A stretch of 63,111 bases of DNA, the filler included, from Saprolegnia diclina VS20 (taxonomy: Eukaryota): assembly GCF_000281045.1 (NCBI RefSeq). It is 12 parts of 2 records of this genome, joined end to end, with 100 filler letters (N's around TTAATTAATTAA, not from the genome) between each part and the next. Parts side by side here need not be neighbours in the genome. Positions count along the whole stretch, not along the records: positions 20,111 to 39,781 come from NW_008246121.1; 11 more parts are not named here. The stretch is one strand, 5' to 3'. The notes beneath the pieces are model-generated. The model was not told the origin of the DNA and did no database searches. It saw nothing but the letters and a program-made list of their open reading frames with translations. Positions 22,870 to 33,914 of this stretch are shown piece after piece (the first letter of the stretch is position 1; the number at the start of each line of letters is the position of its first letter). A program made the position numbers and the translations under genes.

Positions 22870-23930
22870 CAACCACGTGGGCACTGGGCCATTAAGAACG
22901 AGTAGATATCCAATGACGCAGACTCGTGTACAACTTGAGCTGTGTCAGTCGACACATATCTTGCGCCAAATCGTTGAATATCCCTGCGGCCATATCTCGA
23001 GCGATGCTGACGACGACATAATTTCCGTGAACCGTGACTTTTCGAGCCATTTCGACAGTGTCGTTTCAGTTACAAGTCGCCGCTCGTATCAGCGGCAATG
23101 AACGTTCCAGATAGGTGAGTCTCGCTAGTGAGCGCGCTCCTCTTTCGGAAGCGCATGGGCTGCCTCTCGCCCGACCCATCGACGCCCGTCACCAGCGGTC
23201 CAAGCCTACATTGACACGATCAACGATTTCTTTGTTGCGTAGCAGCGCCTCGAAGCCGTGCCACCGAGCTTACCGGAGGCGCTCTTAAAATGGTGCCAGC
23301 GTACAAGGCATTTGCCTCCCACACCGACTACCCGCAGCGTCTCTCGCACAACCGCACGAAGGTTGCGTCGACATTCGTGTTGTTGCCCATGGCGGCGCAA
23401 ACGTCGTCCCCCATTTTTGTCTGAATCGCGCGGCTGCGAGGTGACGTGGCACGGCAGTAGAGCGTCCAGAGAAGCTCATTTGTTGTCGTGTCGACACCCG
23501 AAAAAAGCAAGTCGACAGCCAACGTAATTGCATTGTGCTCACTCAGCTCGAGACGCGCGGAAACATGCTCAGCATGTTTGGCTCGGTCCTCTCGCGCGAC
23601 GCCTTTCTTTCCAGCATGAGAGTGTGGCCGACGCCAAAGAGCTGTACCCGATCGCGAACCCCGACCAACGCTACCTCGCGCATGACACGACGCTCTTGGG
23701 CTACCAGATTCCCAAGGGCACCAGTGTTCTTTTAGCAACGTACACGATGAGCCAGGACCCCAATGTGTTTGCAGATCCCGAAGAGTTCAAACCCGAGTGC
23801 TGGCTCGACAAAAGTGCAAAGTCGGTACGCGATCAAGCAGCAGCAGTGTACTCGAGTTTGCCGATTTTGGCTTTGGCGTCCGGAGCTGCGTCGGCCGCGA
23901 GGCATGGTCGACGTAAGGTTTATGCAGGAT
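22870..23930 (+). pseudogene. Cytochrome P450 pseudogene, paralog of 26570-28099, with internal inversion ~23331-23640
   Basis: Plus strand RKRMGCLSPDPSTPV and LYPIANPDQR...IPKGTSVL...FKPECWL...FGFGVRSCVG. Minus strand AVDLLFSGVDTT and RAVVRETLR. Contains stops and frameshifts. Confidence 0.88.
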
Positions 23931-24348
23931 AGTACAATAATGACGCGTCAAGAAGTGTGCTGAGTAACATCTTGCAAAGTTGCTTGGTATCTGGCGGTGT
24001 ATACCAGTGGGTGTACACTGTGGAGGCTGAGAAAGCTACAGCAGAGCACTGCAACGCGAGAGAAGTGCTGTCTAAAGAACTGTGAGTTGAACATTCATCG
24101 TGGTCAGAAGGGATTCGCTGCTTGCTGACGTTGCTAGGACATTCCTTGCAGCCACGTTAGCTCGTAAAAAAGAAGAACGAAGTGTAGACGATGGCAACTG
24201 CAGTCAGCCTTGGTAATACCTTGTGCTTTTCTTGCAACGTCTTGCCGTCGGGATAAACGTGCATTTTGCGCATGATGGATGGATGATTCGAGTACTATTG
24301 ATGCGTTTGACGAAAGAATAAATAAATATCTATATTCGGTCAGTTGCT

Positions 24349-24912
24349 TCACATGACAAGGCTAAAATCGAGTGGTTCGAGCGTCGCCAGCCATGCCCCA
24401 TCGTTGTCTTCGAGCAGGTCGGCGCACAGCGCCCAGTCGGCAGCGTCCACGCCCATGTCTTCGTCGCTCGTCTCGTCCAGGGGGCCCTCAAACAGATCTT
24501 CGAGGGTCTCAAGTGACGGTAGCTCCATCACCGAGAGACTCTCGATCATCATCCTTGGCGACGACAGAGGCGATGATGCTGGCGACCCCTCGCGCTTGCG
24601 GGCGATCGGTGTCGTCTCGAGCGTCGAGCTGCGGTTGAACTCGGGGTGGCTGAACGTGCACACGTGCGACTGCGTCTTGGTCCACTTGCGGAAACCAAAG
24701 TAGTTGAGCTGGCGCTGGAAGCTAGCGAGTTTGTTGTGCTTGAAATACTTGGAGAGCACCTCGTTCTCAAGGCGCGTGACGCTAAAGAGCTGGATGGAGG
24801 CGCCGTCGGCCGACCACGAGATGATGCTGGGATCTTCGGATGTGAGGATCGAGTAGAGGTGGCGAAGGAACTTGGGCACGCTGGAGATGCGGGACTTCTT
24901 GGAGGTCGTCAT
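24349..24912 (-). CDS. HSF-type DNA-binding transcription factor (187 aa)
   Basis: PKFLRHLYSIL...IISWSADG...VLSKYFKHNKLASFQRQLNYFGFRK, followed by an acidic C-terminal tail. Confidence 0.93.
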   Translation of the reverse strand: MTTSKKSRISSVPKFLRHLYSILTSEDPSIISWSADGASIQLFSVTRLENEVLSKYFKHNKLASFQRQLNYFGFRKWTKTQSHVCTFSHPEFNRSSTLETTPIARKREGSPASSPLSSPRMMIESLSVMELPSLETLEDLFEGPLDETSDEDMGVDAADWALCADLLEDNDGAWLATLEPLDFSLVM

Positions 24913-25685
24913 GATGGTTGTAGTAGTTGTTGTTTGTGTTGCGTAAAGGTAATTGTGAGAATGAAGAGAGCGATGCGAGGTCGTTGTCATGTGGCAAGAA
25001 GGTTCGAGCATGGTTCTCAAGGTACCAAGTGGTGCTGGGCAGCGAGGCAGTCGCTTGGAACTCTCCAAGCGACTGCCACTCCAGGTGGTATTGATACACG
25101 ATGACATTGTGTCGATCGCACAGCGTCTGAGTCTGTCATGCATGACCCTGAAATGTCATCACACTGGGGCCGTAGAGCTGTGACCAGCAGGTATCCTGTA
25201 ACTAGTCATGGCGTCCTACGCCGTATATGAGGAAACAGCCATCGAGAGCTCTCAATACAATCGGTAAGCTCCAACCATGGCGAGGTTGCACACCGACAGT
25301 CTATGCGGGCAAAGCACTTGATACCTTGAAACCAGCCAGTCTTAACGGCTCGTGTCACTTAAATAGATCATGTCTCCCATGACCAAAAACGAGATATAAT
25401 GTCCACCATATCAACCAAGCCTCGAGTTCCCATCAATATGGTCCGTGTGTCGTATGCTGTGGTGACCAGCGTGCCGCGTGGTCATCGTTGGTGTTGCACG
25501 CGGGATGCGCTGCAATGACACAGACGCTCAAAACATGTGGTTCCGGACCAGATTACCAGATGTGCGCACACAAACGAGCCAGATTGACAGCGAGTGGGGT
25601 CTGCGTGCAAGGTCTGCGTGCGCTGTCAGAAAGACGAGACGACGAGTGTGGCTTGCTCAACCGTGGGTGGTCTGGCTATGGTCCA

Positions 25686-25776
25686 GGTCAAAGTTGTGGT
25701 CTGGGTGGTCAAAGTTGTGGTCTGGGTGGTCAAAGCTGTGGTCTGGGTGGTCAAAGCTGTGGTCTTGGTGGTCAAG
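25686..25776. repeat. 21-bp minisatellite (GGTCAAAGYTGTGGTCTKGGT) x ~4.3
   Basis: Units at 25686, 25707, 25728, 25749 and a partial unit at 25770. Confidence 0.9.
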
Positions 25777-26569
25777 GACGTGTCACGACGCTGAACTTGC
25801 CTACTGTACACCAGGACACCATCACCTCTTTGGTTCACCGGACGTGCGGCGCTCACGTAGACATACTGCGATGTACGAAGAAGCATTGTCGATAGCTTGC
25901 TTGGACGCCAGAGGTTTGTTGGATACTAGTAGGCAGCCCGTCCATCGGTCGTCACGTAAGAAATGAAATCGCGTTTGGACAGGCGATAGAAGTAAAAGCA
26001 GTAACATGTCACGGCGTGCGATGACGGTCCATCGACTCGAAATTTGAGGAAGCCGACCATTTGGAAGCCGACGAGCGTTGTGAGATCGATGCACCTCCTC
26101 GTAAGTAGCCGGCATCCTTTGCATACATAGCTCTAGCAATATATGTATGCTTGTGCGTCGCAAATCCCGTCGATTCCAGAGCCCACTGCGCTGATCTCGC
26201 CGAATGGTACACGGTACATGTACCATACCTGCTTGATGGCAATGGCAATGTGGTTGCGTCATCATGTACTCAATGGATCTGATTGGCCAGCCTTGTGATG
26301 TCGCTCCCAAGCCCATCAACCAAGCGCAAGGAAATCTAATTGCCGGGTGTTGGACTCCTTTAAGCGCGGGACGAGACCGCCTTGGACGACGTCGCTCATC
26401 AGCGTGCTGCAGCCACGCTACCCACGCCCTCCCGCTGCCTTCGTGCCTCTTAATACGTGGCAGGCTCGTCGGCGCGGTACACTGTACAGTACATCCGCTT
26501 CCACTGTTACACGGGGTGGGCCTGTCTGATGGTTCGACACCCAGTCGCAGCCACTTTGCACTTTCCAAG

Positions 26570-28099
26570 ATGCTCCGTGTGCGCCAGTGTGCACGCCTCA
26601 AGTCGACGCTTGCCGCGGTCGCGCCCGAGATCCCAGCGTCACTGAGCGCGATCCCGACGGCCCCCGAGTCGGGGTTTGGCCCCTTCCGTTGCAGCCTCGC
26701 GTTCTTTGGGAAGGACAATGGCCTTGGCCGGCACCATGAGCGTTTTGACACGCTGCACAAGATGCTTGGCCCGATCTACAAGTTTCGCGTGCTGCCGTTC
26801 TCGCCGTACATGGTGAGCATCTGCGACCAGCTCTCGGTCGCGCACGTGTACCGCAAGGAAGGGGCGTTTCCCGAGCGCTTCTCGCTCGCGTGCTGGCGCC
26901 TCCATCGCCGTGAGAAGCAGTGGCCGATCGGCATTGTCAACGCGCACAACCACGAAGAGTGGAAGAAGTTTCGCGCGAGCATGAGCGAGCACATTCTGCA
27001 GCCGCACAACATTACGACGTGGCTACCGCGGCTCAACGACGTGGCCAAGGACTTTGCGACGCGCTTGGCAGCGGACGCCGCGTCCTCCGACACGGTCAAC
27101 GTCGCACTGCCGCTCAAGGCGTTTGGCCTCGAGTCGGTGAGCGCGATCGTTTTTGGGAAGCGCATGGGGTGCCTCTCCCCCGACCCCAGCACGCCCGTGC
27201 CGCCGGATGCCCAAAAGTTCATCGATGCTTTCTTCGGCGTGCTCCATACGTCCCAGGACATGCTCAACTTTCCGCAAGAGACACCCGACTGGATCTACAA
27301 GCTCCTTCCGGTCTACAAGGCGTTTGTGAAGCACGCCGACTACATCTTTGACGTTGGCTCGGCGTTTGTATTGGAGAAGATGGCCGCGCGCGACAACTCG
27401 ATCGTCGACCAAGATCTTCTCAGCGTCTTTTTGGCCCGGCCCGAGTTTAGTCAGCGCGACGCGGTTGCCCAAGCCGTCGACTTGCTCTTTGCGAGTGTCG
27501 ATACGACGGGCACGGCGCTGCTCTGGGTCACATACTGTCTGGCGACATCGCCCAACGGCCGTGAGATCCAGATCAAGATGCGCGACGAAGCAAACGCGGC
27601 GCTTGCTGGCAAGACCGACATTGACGATGCGGCGCTCGAGCAGCTCTCGTACATCCGCGCGGTTGTGAAAGAAACGCTGCGGCTCTATCCAGTGGCGAAC
27701 CCCAACCAGCGCGTCCTCCCCAACGATTTGACGCTCCTCGGGTTCACCATCCCGAAAGGCACGAGCGTCCTCATGCAAACGTACACGATGAGCCGGGACC
27801 CAACTGTGTTTGAAGACCCCGAGGCGTTCAAGCCCGAGCGCTGGCTTGAGCGCGACGGCAAGACTGCGAGCCAGCGCCAAGCCGCGGCGTACTCGACCTT
27901 GCCGTTTGGCTTGGGTGCCCGTGGCTGCGCGGGCCGGCGCCTCGCCGAGACCGAGATGTACATGCTCCTCGCCCACCTCGTGCGCAAGATGGAGCTGCAG
28001 TGGCCAGAGGACCAAGCCCACCCGAACGCGATCATCAAGACGTTCATGATGCCCGACAAGGAATTCCAGCTCCGTCTTGTGCCGTGGTCGACGTCCTAG
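26570..28099 (+). CDS. Cytochrome P450 (509 aa), mitochondrial-clan-like
   Basis: I-helix ASVDTT, ExxR (KETLR), PERW, heme motif PFGLGARGCAG. N-terminus is Arg-rich and lacks an ER anchor. Confidence 0.95.
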   Translation: MLRVRQCARLKSTLAAVAPEIPASLSAIPTAPESGFGPFRCSLAFFGKDNGLGRHHERFDTLHKMLGPIYKFRVLPFSPYMVSICDQLSVAHVYRKEGAFPERFSLACWRLHRREKQWPIGIVNAHNHEEWKKFRASMSEHILQPHNITTWLPRLNDVAKDFATRLAADAASSDTVNVALPLKAFGLESVSAIVFGKRMGCLSPDPSTPVPPDAQKFIDAFFGVLHTSQDMLNFPQETPDWIYKLLPVYKAFVKHADYIFDVGSAFVLEKMAARDNSIVDQDLLSVFLARPEFSQRDAVAQAVDLLFASVDTTGTALLWVTYCLATSPNGREIQIKMRDEANAALAGKTDIDDAALEQLSYIRAVVKETLRLYPVANPNQRVLPNDLTLLGFTIPKGTSVLMQTYTMSRDPTVFEDPEAFKPERWLERDGKTASQRQAAAYSTLPFGLGARGCAGRRLAETEMYMLLAHLVRKMELQWPEDQAHPNAIIKTFMMPDKEFQLRLVPWSTS

Positions 28100-28622
28100 A
28101 GGGTGCAGACCTCCTCCGTCGAGTGTCTTGCAGAAGAAGAAATTAGAGTCCTTTGTAGCGTGTCTTGTTCGAGTTTGTGGGGCTTCATTGGGACGTTGTG
28201 CTAGTATCGACTGCTCGTTGTGACCGTGCATATATGTGCTTTCTATCAATCTATCAAGACAGCCAGCCTGTCGCACAAAGCGTGGCCGCGCTCGACCAAC
28301 ATCGACATTCGACACTCGCAAGGGTCCATCAACAGTCACCTGTTTATCGACCGGGATTATAGTCTGGTGCTGCTACGTACTAGGTCGTATATACTACTAG
28401 TACTAGACGACGCCAACGACAACACAAACTATATAGGCACTGATGCCTAGCAACCCGGGGCACCATGTTTCAGTGGCATACCACCAACGCCGTAAAGTTT
28501 ATGGCCTTGCTTGTACCGACTGCAAGACACGTCTCGCTGGCGACAAATCGTATAATGCACTCGAGGGAATGCCTAGAAACACTCAACTAAACACCATATT
28601 ATATGGTACTGCTTTCAACTTA

Positions 28623-30014
28623 TTATACATGTACGTTGCCATTGTTTGTCGTCGTGTGCCGCTGGCTGGGCGTCTCCAAGAACGAGTTGCCATTTGCGTG
28701 CAGTTGGCGCGCACGCTGCAGCATCGACGAGCGCAAGAGGCGGCGAAACTCGATGGCGTCGGCCGCGTCCGGGTCGTGCTCGAAGACGTGGGCCATAAAC
28801 TTCCATTCGTCCAGCTGGTTGCGGTCGCTCAGCACGCGCACGTGCATATCATTCGACGGCGACCCCAACAACGAACCGCGTGTCGACCACTCGGGGTGCG
28901 GCCACGGCGATGGAGGACCCTCTTGGGATCGGAAGTCGGGGGGCGGTGGACGTGGCCCGATCGGTAGCGCTCCCACAGCAGCGTGTCGCGTCCCCAGCTC
29001 GAATCGCGAGCTGGGCATATAGCATGGGGCGGCTTCCGGGCCTCGGTTCGCTGCTTCCGGGTGTCGGTACGCGGCCTGTGATTGCGCGACGGGTGGGTGC
29101 GGGTGCGAGAAGGCGGCGCGAGGAATGCGGTGCCCGACCTCGCGGAATCTGGGCGCTACCGGACGACTCCTGGCGGGCGCCTCCGAGATGGCGGCGGGCG
29201 GCTCGGCGGTGGCGACTAGCGGCTCAGAGATCGTGGCAGCAGGAGGCGCCGACGTGGTAGCCGCCCGCATTGAGGTGGCTGGGGGCATCGACGAGGTAGC
29301 AGGCGTCGAGGTGGCTGCAGAGTCTTCCGAGGCTGCGGCGGGCTCTTCCGACGACGTTGTAGGCTCTTCTACGATGCTGGCAGGCTCGTTCGAGGCCGTG
29401 GTAGGAACTTCCGAAGACGTGGCAGGTACCTCTGAGGAGGCGGTAGGGGACTCAATCGTCGGCTCGGACGTTGGCGAGGCGCGTGCGTTGGCCTCGGCGG
29501 GCGCGAGTGTCAGAAAAGAGGTGCGTGGCGGCGTGGTGTCGTGCGCCCGCTTGGCGCGCTTCGCTGGCATCTCGTCCGTCTGGTCGTTTGCGTCGTCTGT
29601 CGTTGGCTCGCGCGGCAAGCGAAGGAAGCGGCGCCATGCGGGTGTATTGCGCAGGAGGCGCCAGCACGCCAAGACACCGCGGCGGTCGATCGCGCCGAGC
29701 TTCTCGACGGGAATGGCCGCGAGCTCATCCAAGATGACGTAGTCGTCGACGACGTTCGGCGGCTTGACCGCGATCGCGCGTGCGACGGCCGCGTCAAGCA
29801 GCGTGAGGACCGCGCTCATCTTCTTCCAGCGCGACAAGAGTGCGACGGCCGACCGCGTCGTCGGGCGATCGCTGCGCTCGACGATGTACTCGTGCATGCG
29901 CGCGAAGAGCTCGGGCGGCCGCCGGCGCGTGCTCGTGTCTTCGCTGCAGATGGCCAGCCACGCGTGGCAGAGCTCGAGGTCGTCCTCCTTGGACCACGCG
30001 ACGCCGCGTGCCAT
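28623..30014 (-). CDS. Myb/SANT-like, NAM-associated-type protein with S/E/P/T-rich heptad repeats
   Basis: RGVAWSKEDDLELCHAWLAI...RSAVALLSRWKKM...CWRLLRNTPAW. C-terminal EWKFM...EFRRLLRSSMLQR. Central SSEVPAT/SSEVPTT-like repeats. Confidence 0.7.
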   Translation of the reverse strand: MARGVAWSKEDDLELCHAWLAICSEDTSTRRRPPELFARMHEYIVERSDRPTTRSAVALLSRWKKMSAVLTLLDAAVARAIAVKPPNVVDDYVILDELAAIPVEKLGAIDRRGVLACWRLLRNTPAWRRFLRLPREPTTDDANDQTDEMPAKRAKRAHDTTPPRTSFLTLAPAEANARASPTSEPTIESPTASSEVPATSSEVPTTASNEPASIVEEPTTSSEEPAAASEDSAATSTPATSSMPPATSMRAATTSAPPAATISEPLVATAEPPAAISEAPARSRPVAPRFREVGHRIPRAAFSHPHPPVAQSQAAYRHPEAANRGPEAAPCYMPSSRFELGTRHAAVGALPIGPRPPPPDFRSQEGPPSPWPHPEWSTRGSLLGSPSNDMHVRVLSDRNQLDEWKFMAHVFEHDPDAADAIEFRRLLRSSMLQRARQLHANGNSFLETPSQRHTTTNNGNVHV

Positions 30015-30883
30015 GCTCGTGCTTGGTCGCAATACTGTTTTAAACATCCGTGGGCGAATGCGTCATAACTTGGTTTCAGTATGCGATAAAATACACATTC
30101 ATTTCCATTCGATTGGCTGCTTTTTCGTAGACTTTCAACCAATCCAATGTTGCTACAATCCTCCACCTCCATCTCCACCGCGTTCCCGCCACGCCCGTAT
30201 CCAGGACACCGATTCTTCTGCTGTGTCTACAGTCCGCTCGTACTCGCCTACGGGCTTCGTTAGTACTAGTATAGAGAGGCTATCTCGTTTGCACTATTCA
30301 TGGCAGCCGACAAAGATGCAGTCACCACCGTGGTCAAATGATAATTTGATACTTGGTACGTGGCAGGAAAGGTGGCCGTCTAGTGCACGGACGCAGTAGC
30401 CGACAACACCAGAGCAAGCTGCAGAACAATCAACTCCGTCCAACTGCGCGAATGCTCTCGGTCCCATGGCACTCGACTGAACCAAGCAAATGCAAAGTGA
30501 GATTTGGGTTATTAGCTAGGAGCTACGAAACCCTACCCCCAAGGTACGCGTTTCGTTTCAAGGACACGGGGCAACGTGAGCGCCTTCAACTGGAGCCATT
30601 CAACCGCACATGAGTGTCAAACTTGTCGGAGTCACGGCCTTTCTGGCGAGATCATGAACCTCAAGATAGCTATCGGCTATAACTCTCATTACCGACTGTC
30701 GGAGTTATGGGTGCGTCACCCGAGATCGGCGACCGGGCACGGTGTAGCGCTTGGTCACGCTAAAGACTTGGTAGCAATGCCATCGTCACAAGACAATATA
30801 TGCTATAAAACCAACACTGCTGCATTCGCATGTCGACACATACATACCGAGTATAACTCCTATCGTACTAGTTTGCGGCGCGG

Positions 30884-32053
30884 TCAGTCCGCGACGCAGA
30901 CGCCATGAAAGCAGGCGACGAGCGACGTCACGTGACGCCGGAGTGTCGGCAAGTCCAGTGGGACCAGCCGTGGCGGGTCGACCTCGGCAAAGCAGTTGGC
31001 GAGGAGGTCGAGGCCCGGCGCCGTCTTGGTCATGTAATCACCGGTCGATAAGAGCTTGTGCTCGACTACAAGCGCCAGCAGCTGCTGCACAAAACCTTCC
31101 AGAGGCGCTGTCGTGTCGTGAAGCCAAGGGTGGGCACGCGCGGCTGCGATCGTCGCGCGCTTGGTCGGGTGGAGCTGCAATAGCTGCTGCACAAAGTCGG
31201 TGGCATCTGCCGACAGTGTCCCGTACGTGAGGGATGATGAAAAGTCGGCGCCATCAAACGGAAGGCGGTGGAGTAGCATCGCATGCACGACCACGCCGAG
31301 GCTAAAGACGTCGATGGACGCACCGTACGCTTGCTTGCGGCACATTTCCGGGGCCATGTAGCCGTCGGTGCCGCACTGCCGCGTGAGCGGATGCCGGCAC
31401 GACGTCGCAAAGCCAAAGTCGGCCACTTGCACCGTCAGCTTCCACGGCGCATTTGGGTCGATAGCGGTCACGAGGATGTTTTCGAGCTTGAGATCCCGGT
31501 GCACAATACCTTGGGCATGCATCGCGTCGACAGCGGCGAGCAGCTGCAAGGCAATGTGCTTGGTTGCCGTCTCCGAGAGCGGGCCGTGGGCCGTGACGTA
31601 TGAGAGAAGGTCGCCGTGCGCTGCGAGCTCCAAGACGAGCGAGATCGTGCGGTCGTCGCCATGCTCGTTGTTGACGTCGTCAAAGTGGTCGAGGAGGCGG
31701 ACAATGTGGGGATGGCCTTGCAGTGCGCGGAGACAGGCGATCTCGCCACGCACATCCTTGAGCGCATACGCGCTATTCGTCACACTGCGCGTCATGCGCT
31801 TGATGGCGACGGCGCGGCCCGACGCCTTGTGCCGGCCGCGCACGAGGTACGCCGAGCCGCCGGCGGCGAGGAGGGCGCTGCGGTCGATGTCGTAGACGTC
31901 GTCGAGCGAGGGCCGTACATAGGGGGCGAAGGGCACCGGTTTACCGGTGCAGGGCGCCTTGGTGAGCGCGGCCCACTGCGCCGCCCTCGAGAAGGAGCTG
32001 CCTCGGGCGGTCCCACCGCGGACGGCCGCGACCGAGAGCGATGGGCGCTGCAT
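30884..32053 (-). CDS. Ser/Thr protein kinase, CAMK-like
   Basis: VAIK, HRDLKLENIL, DFG, CGTDGYMAPE, DVFSLG. Degenerate Gly loop (AAGGSA). Confidence 0.92.
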   Translation of the reverse strand: MQRPSLSVAAVRGGTARGSSFSRAAQWAALTKAPCTGKPVPFAPYVRPSLDDVYDIDRSALLAAGGSAYLVRGRHKASGRAVAIKRMTRSVTNSAYALKDVRGEIACLRALQGHPHIVRLLDHFDDVNNEHGDDRTISLVLELAAHGDLLSYVTAHGPLSETATKHIALQLLAAVDAMHAQGIVHRDLKLENILVTAIDPNAPWKLTVQVADFGFATSCRHPLTRQCGTDGYMAPEMCRKQAYGASIDVFSLGVVVHAMLLHRLPFDGADFSSSLTYGTLSADATDFVQQLLQLHPTKRATIAAARAHPWLHDTTAPLEGFVQQLLALVVEHKLLSTGDYMTKTAPGLDLLANCFAEVDPPRLVPLDLPTLRRHVTSLVACFHGVCVAD

Positions 32054-32754
32054 GGCTGCGATCTTATAAGCGACTGAGCTCGGACGTTGGCTGGAATCTT
32101 GCCGGATAAAAAGTCGAAGCCGGACCTTCTTCCGGATACGACGTTGAAGTTGCTTCTGTGAAAGAACGCAAGCGCGAAATCAAACACGCCATGCGCCACG
32201 CCGACACTATCAAGTTGATAGAACCTCGATACAAAGAAATCGACCAGTTTCTATACCACGAAGGACGCATAACGGCTCGTCGTTGTCAAGTGATGCACGC
32301 AACATGAGATGGGGCAGCGGAGACCACCAGCAGATCATCTTCGAATGGGCACTCGGCTGCATAAGTATGCTCCAGACGAGATACTACCGGGCAACGACAG
32401 AATGTGGTACTCTGTTGTGTGAAGGAAGGTCTGTTCGTTCGCCATCATAGTGCTCCAAGGAAGCAAGACAACGAGCTAGGAAGCGAGGCCCTTCCGAGGG
32501 CTAGGGTCTGCTGTGCCCGCATTCTCGTGTAGTCGTATGCTGGGTATCCTCGAGCCGTGCAGGTACGATTGCAATTGTTGACTGCGCTCATTCTGTGGAA
32601 ATGGAATCGCTTGTCATCTTTGTCGTGTTGTGACATTCGAGCGGGCAACGCCTTCGAATACCAATGACCAAATCCCATACCCACTGGCGGTCGCCAAAAT
32701 CTCCGATAGCACCTGTACGATTCAAAAGTCTACCATTGCAAATTGTTCTTACAC

Positions 32755-32856
32755 TGTACTACAATATATATGAACGTGTTCCGCGTTATCTTCATTATTA
32801 CACAAAGACTTCGCATACGTAGCGCTACGCCTGAATGCGTGGGAGTTGGCACCAGC
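32755..32856 (+). repeat. Dispersed ~100-bp repeat, copy 1 (others at 48776-48842 + and 53216-53317 -)
   Basis: Shared core TATGAACGTGTTYCGCGTTATCTTCAT...ACAAAGACTTCGCATACGTA on three different scaffolds. Confidence 0.85.
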
Positions 32857-33399
32857 ATAGTAGCGTTTATTTCTTGGGGCTGTGTTTAGGGTCGAAGGTC
32901 AAGCAAGTACTAGTATGCCATCTTGAGCTGTTTGCCGATCTGCCATTTCAGAGCATAGCCACAAGATCAACGGCAAAAGCTCCGTGCAAGTCTGTCAATT
33001 GCTGGTTAAGCTCTCAGCCTCTTTGCAACTCGGAGTTTTTAACGCACCGACCAATCCCTTTTTTGGCGGCGGCGACCTCTAGTACGCAGCACGCGCCTCC
33101 TCCACCCTCTTGCATGTAGAGCGTCGTGGACGAAAATGATCAATGGCATGGAACGGGCCTGAAAAATACAGGGTCGCGCACTCTTGTGTCGCCTTCCTGC
33201 ATCGAGAGACCGCTTAACTCGAGTATGTGTATCTGAAAGCCATATATCCTAACCGCTGGGATCCTAGAGTATGTGTATCTACTGGATGGTGTCAAGGCAG
33301 CGATGCTGGGAAAGGAATCAGCCGCGACCTCTAAAGCTTGCACCCCATACGTCTTGCGTGAGAAGCTAGCAGTTCCGTCACAACAAACCAAGATGGTCC

Positions 33400-33780
33400 C
33401 CCTTGGGTGTAGTCTTGCCGACAACACTCTCGGGCTACGCCGAAGACGGCCTCCAACGTGCTCCGAGCCGCGTTCCGCTACCTCTGGCCAGTGCTCCGCG
33501 CCTGCGTCGGGTTCAGCGTCTGGCAAATTCGAAACGATCGCGTCTTTCGCGCCGACCTTCCACTGCCAAGTCCATGGACGGCGGCGCGTGTCGCTCAAAT
33601 GCACTTGCACCACAGCCTCGTTCAAAAGCCCGGGCAGATGGCTCTCCGTCGCCTTCTCCGGCTCCTCACTCAACACGAGCGGCCACGCCAGCACCTTGTC
33701 CCGCGGATCGCGCTCCTGCCTCAACAACAAACCAAGATGGTCCACGACAGGAGCCAAGTGCCTTCTCGTTAGCCACCTCA
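33400..33780 (+). mobile_element. Non-LTR retrotransposon (L1/Tx1-like) ORF2 C-terminal remnant
   Basis: LWPVLRACVGFSVWQIRNDRVFR matches the W-x-IW-xx-RN-x-R-x-F signature at the end of L1-clade ORF2. Confidence 0.65.
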
Positions 33781-33914
33781 TCGATTCAATAGTCACCTTG
33801 CTGGCGGCAATAGCAAGCGGCTTGCGATACTGCGCATTCGTTGCAGAGCCAGTGTGGATCGTACAATATCGCCTTTACCCAATTTCGTAGAAAATTTGAG
33901 CTAGGAAACACGCA

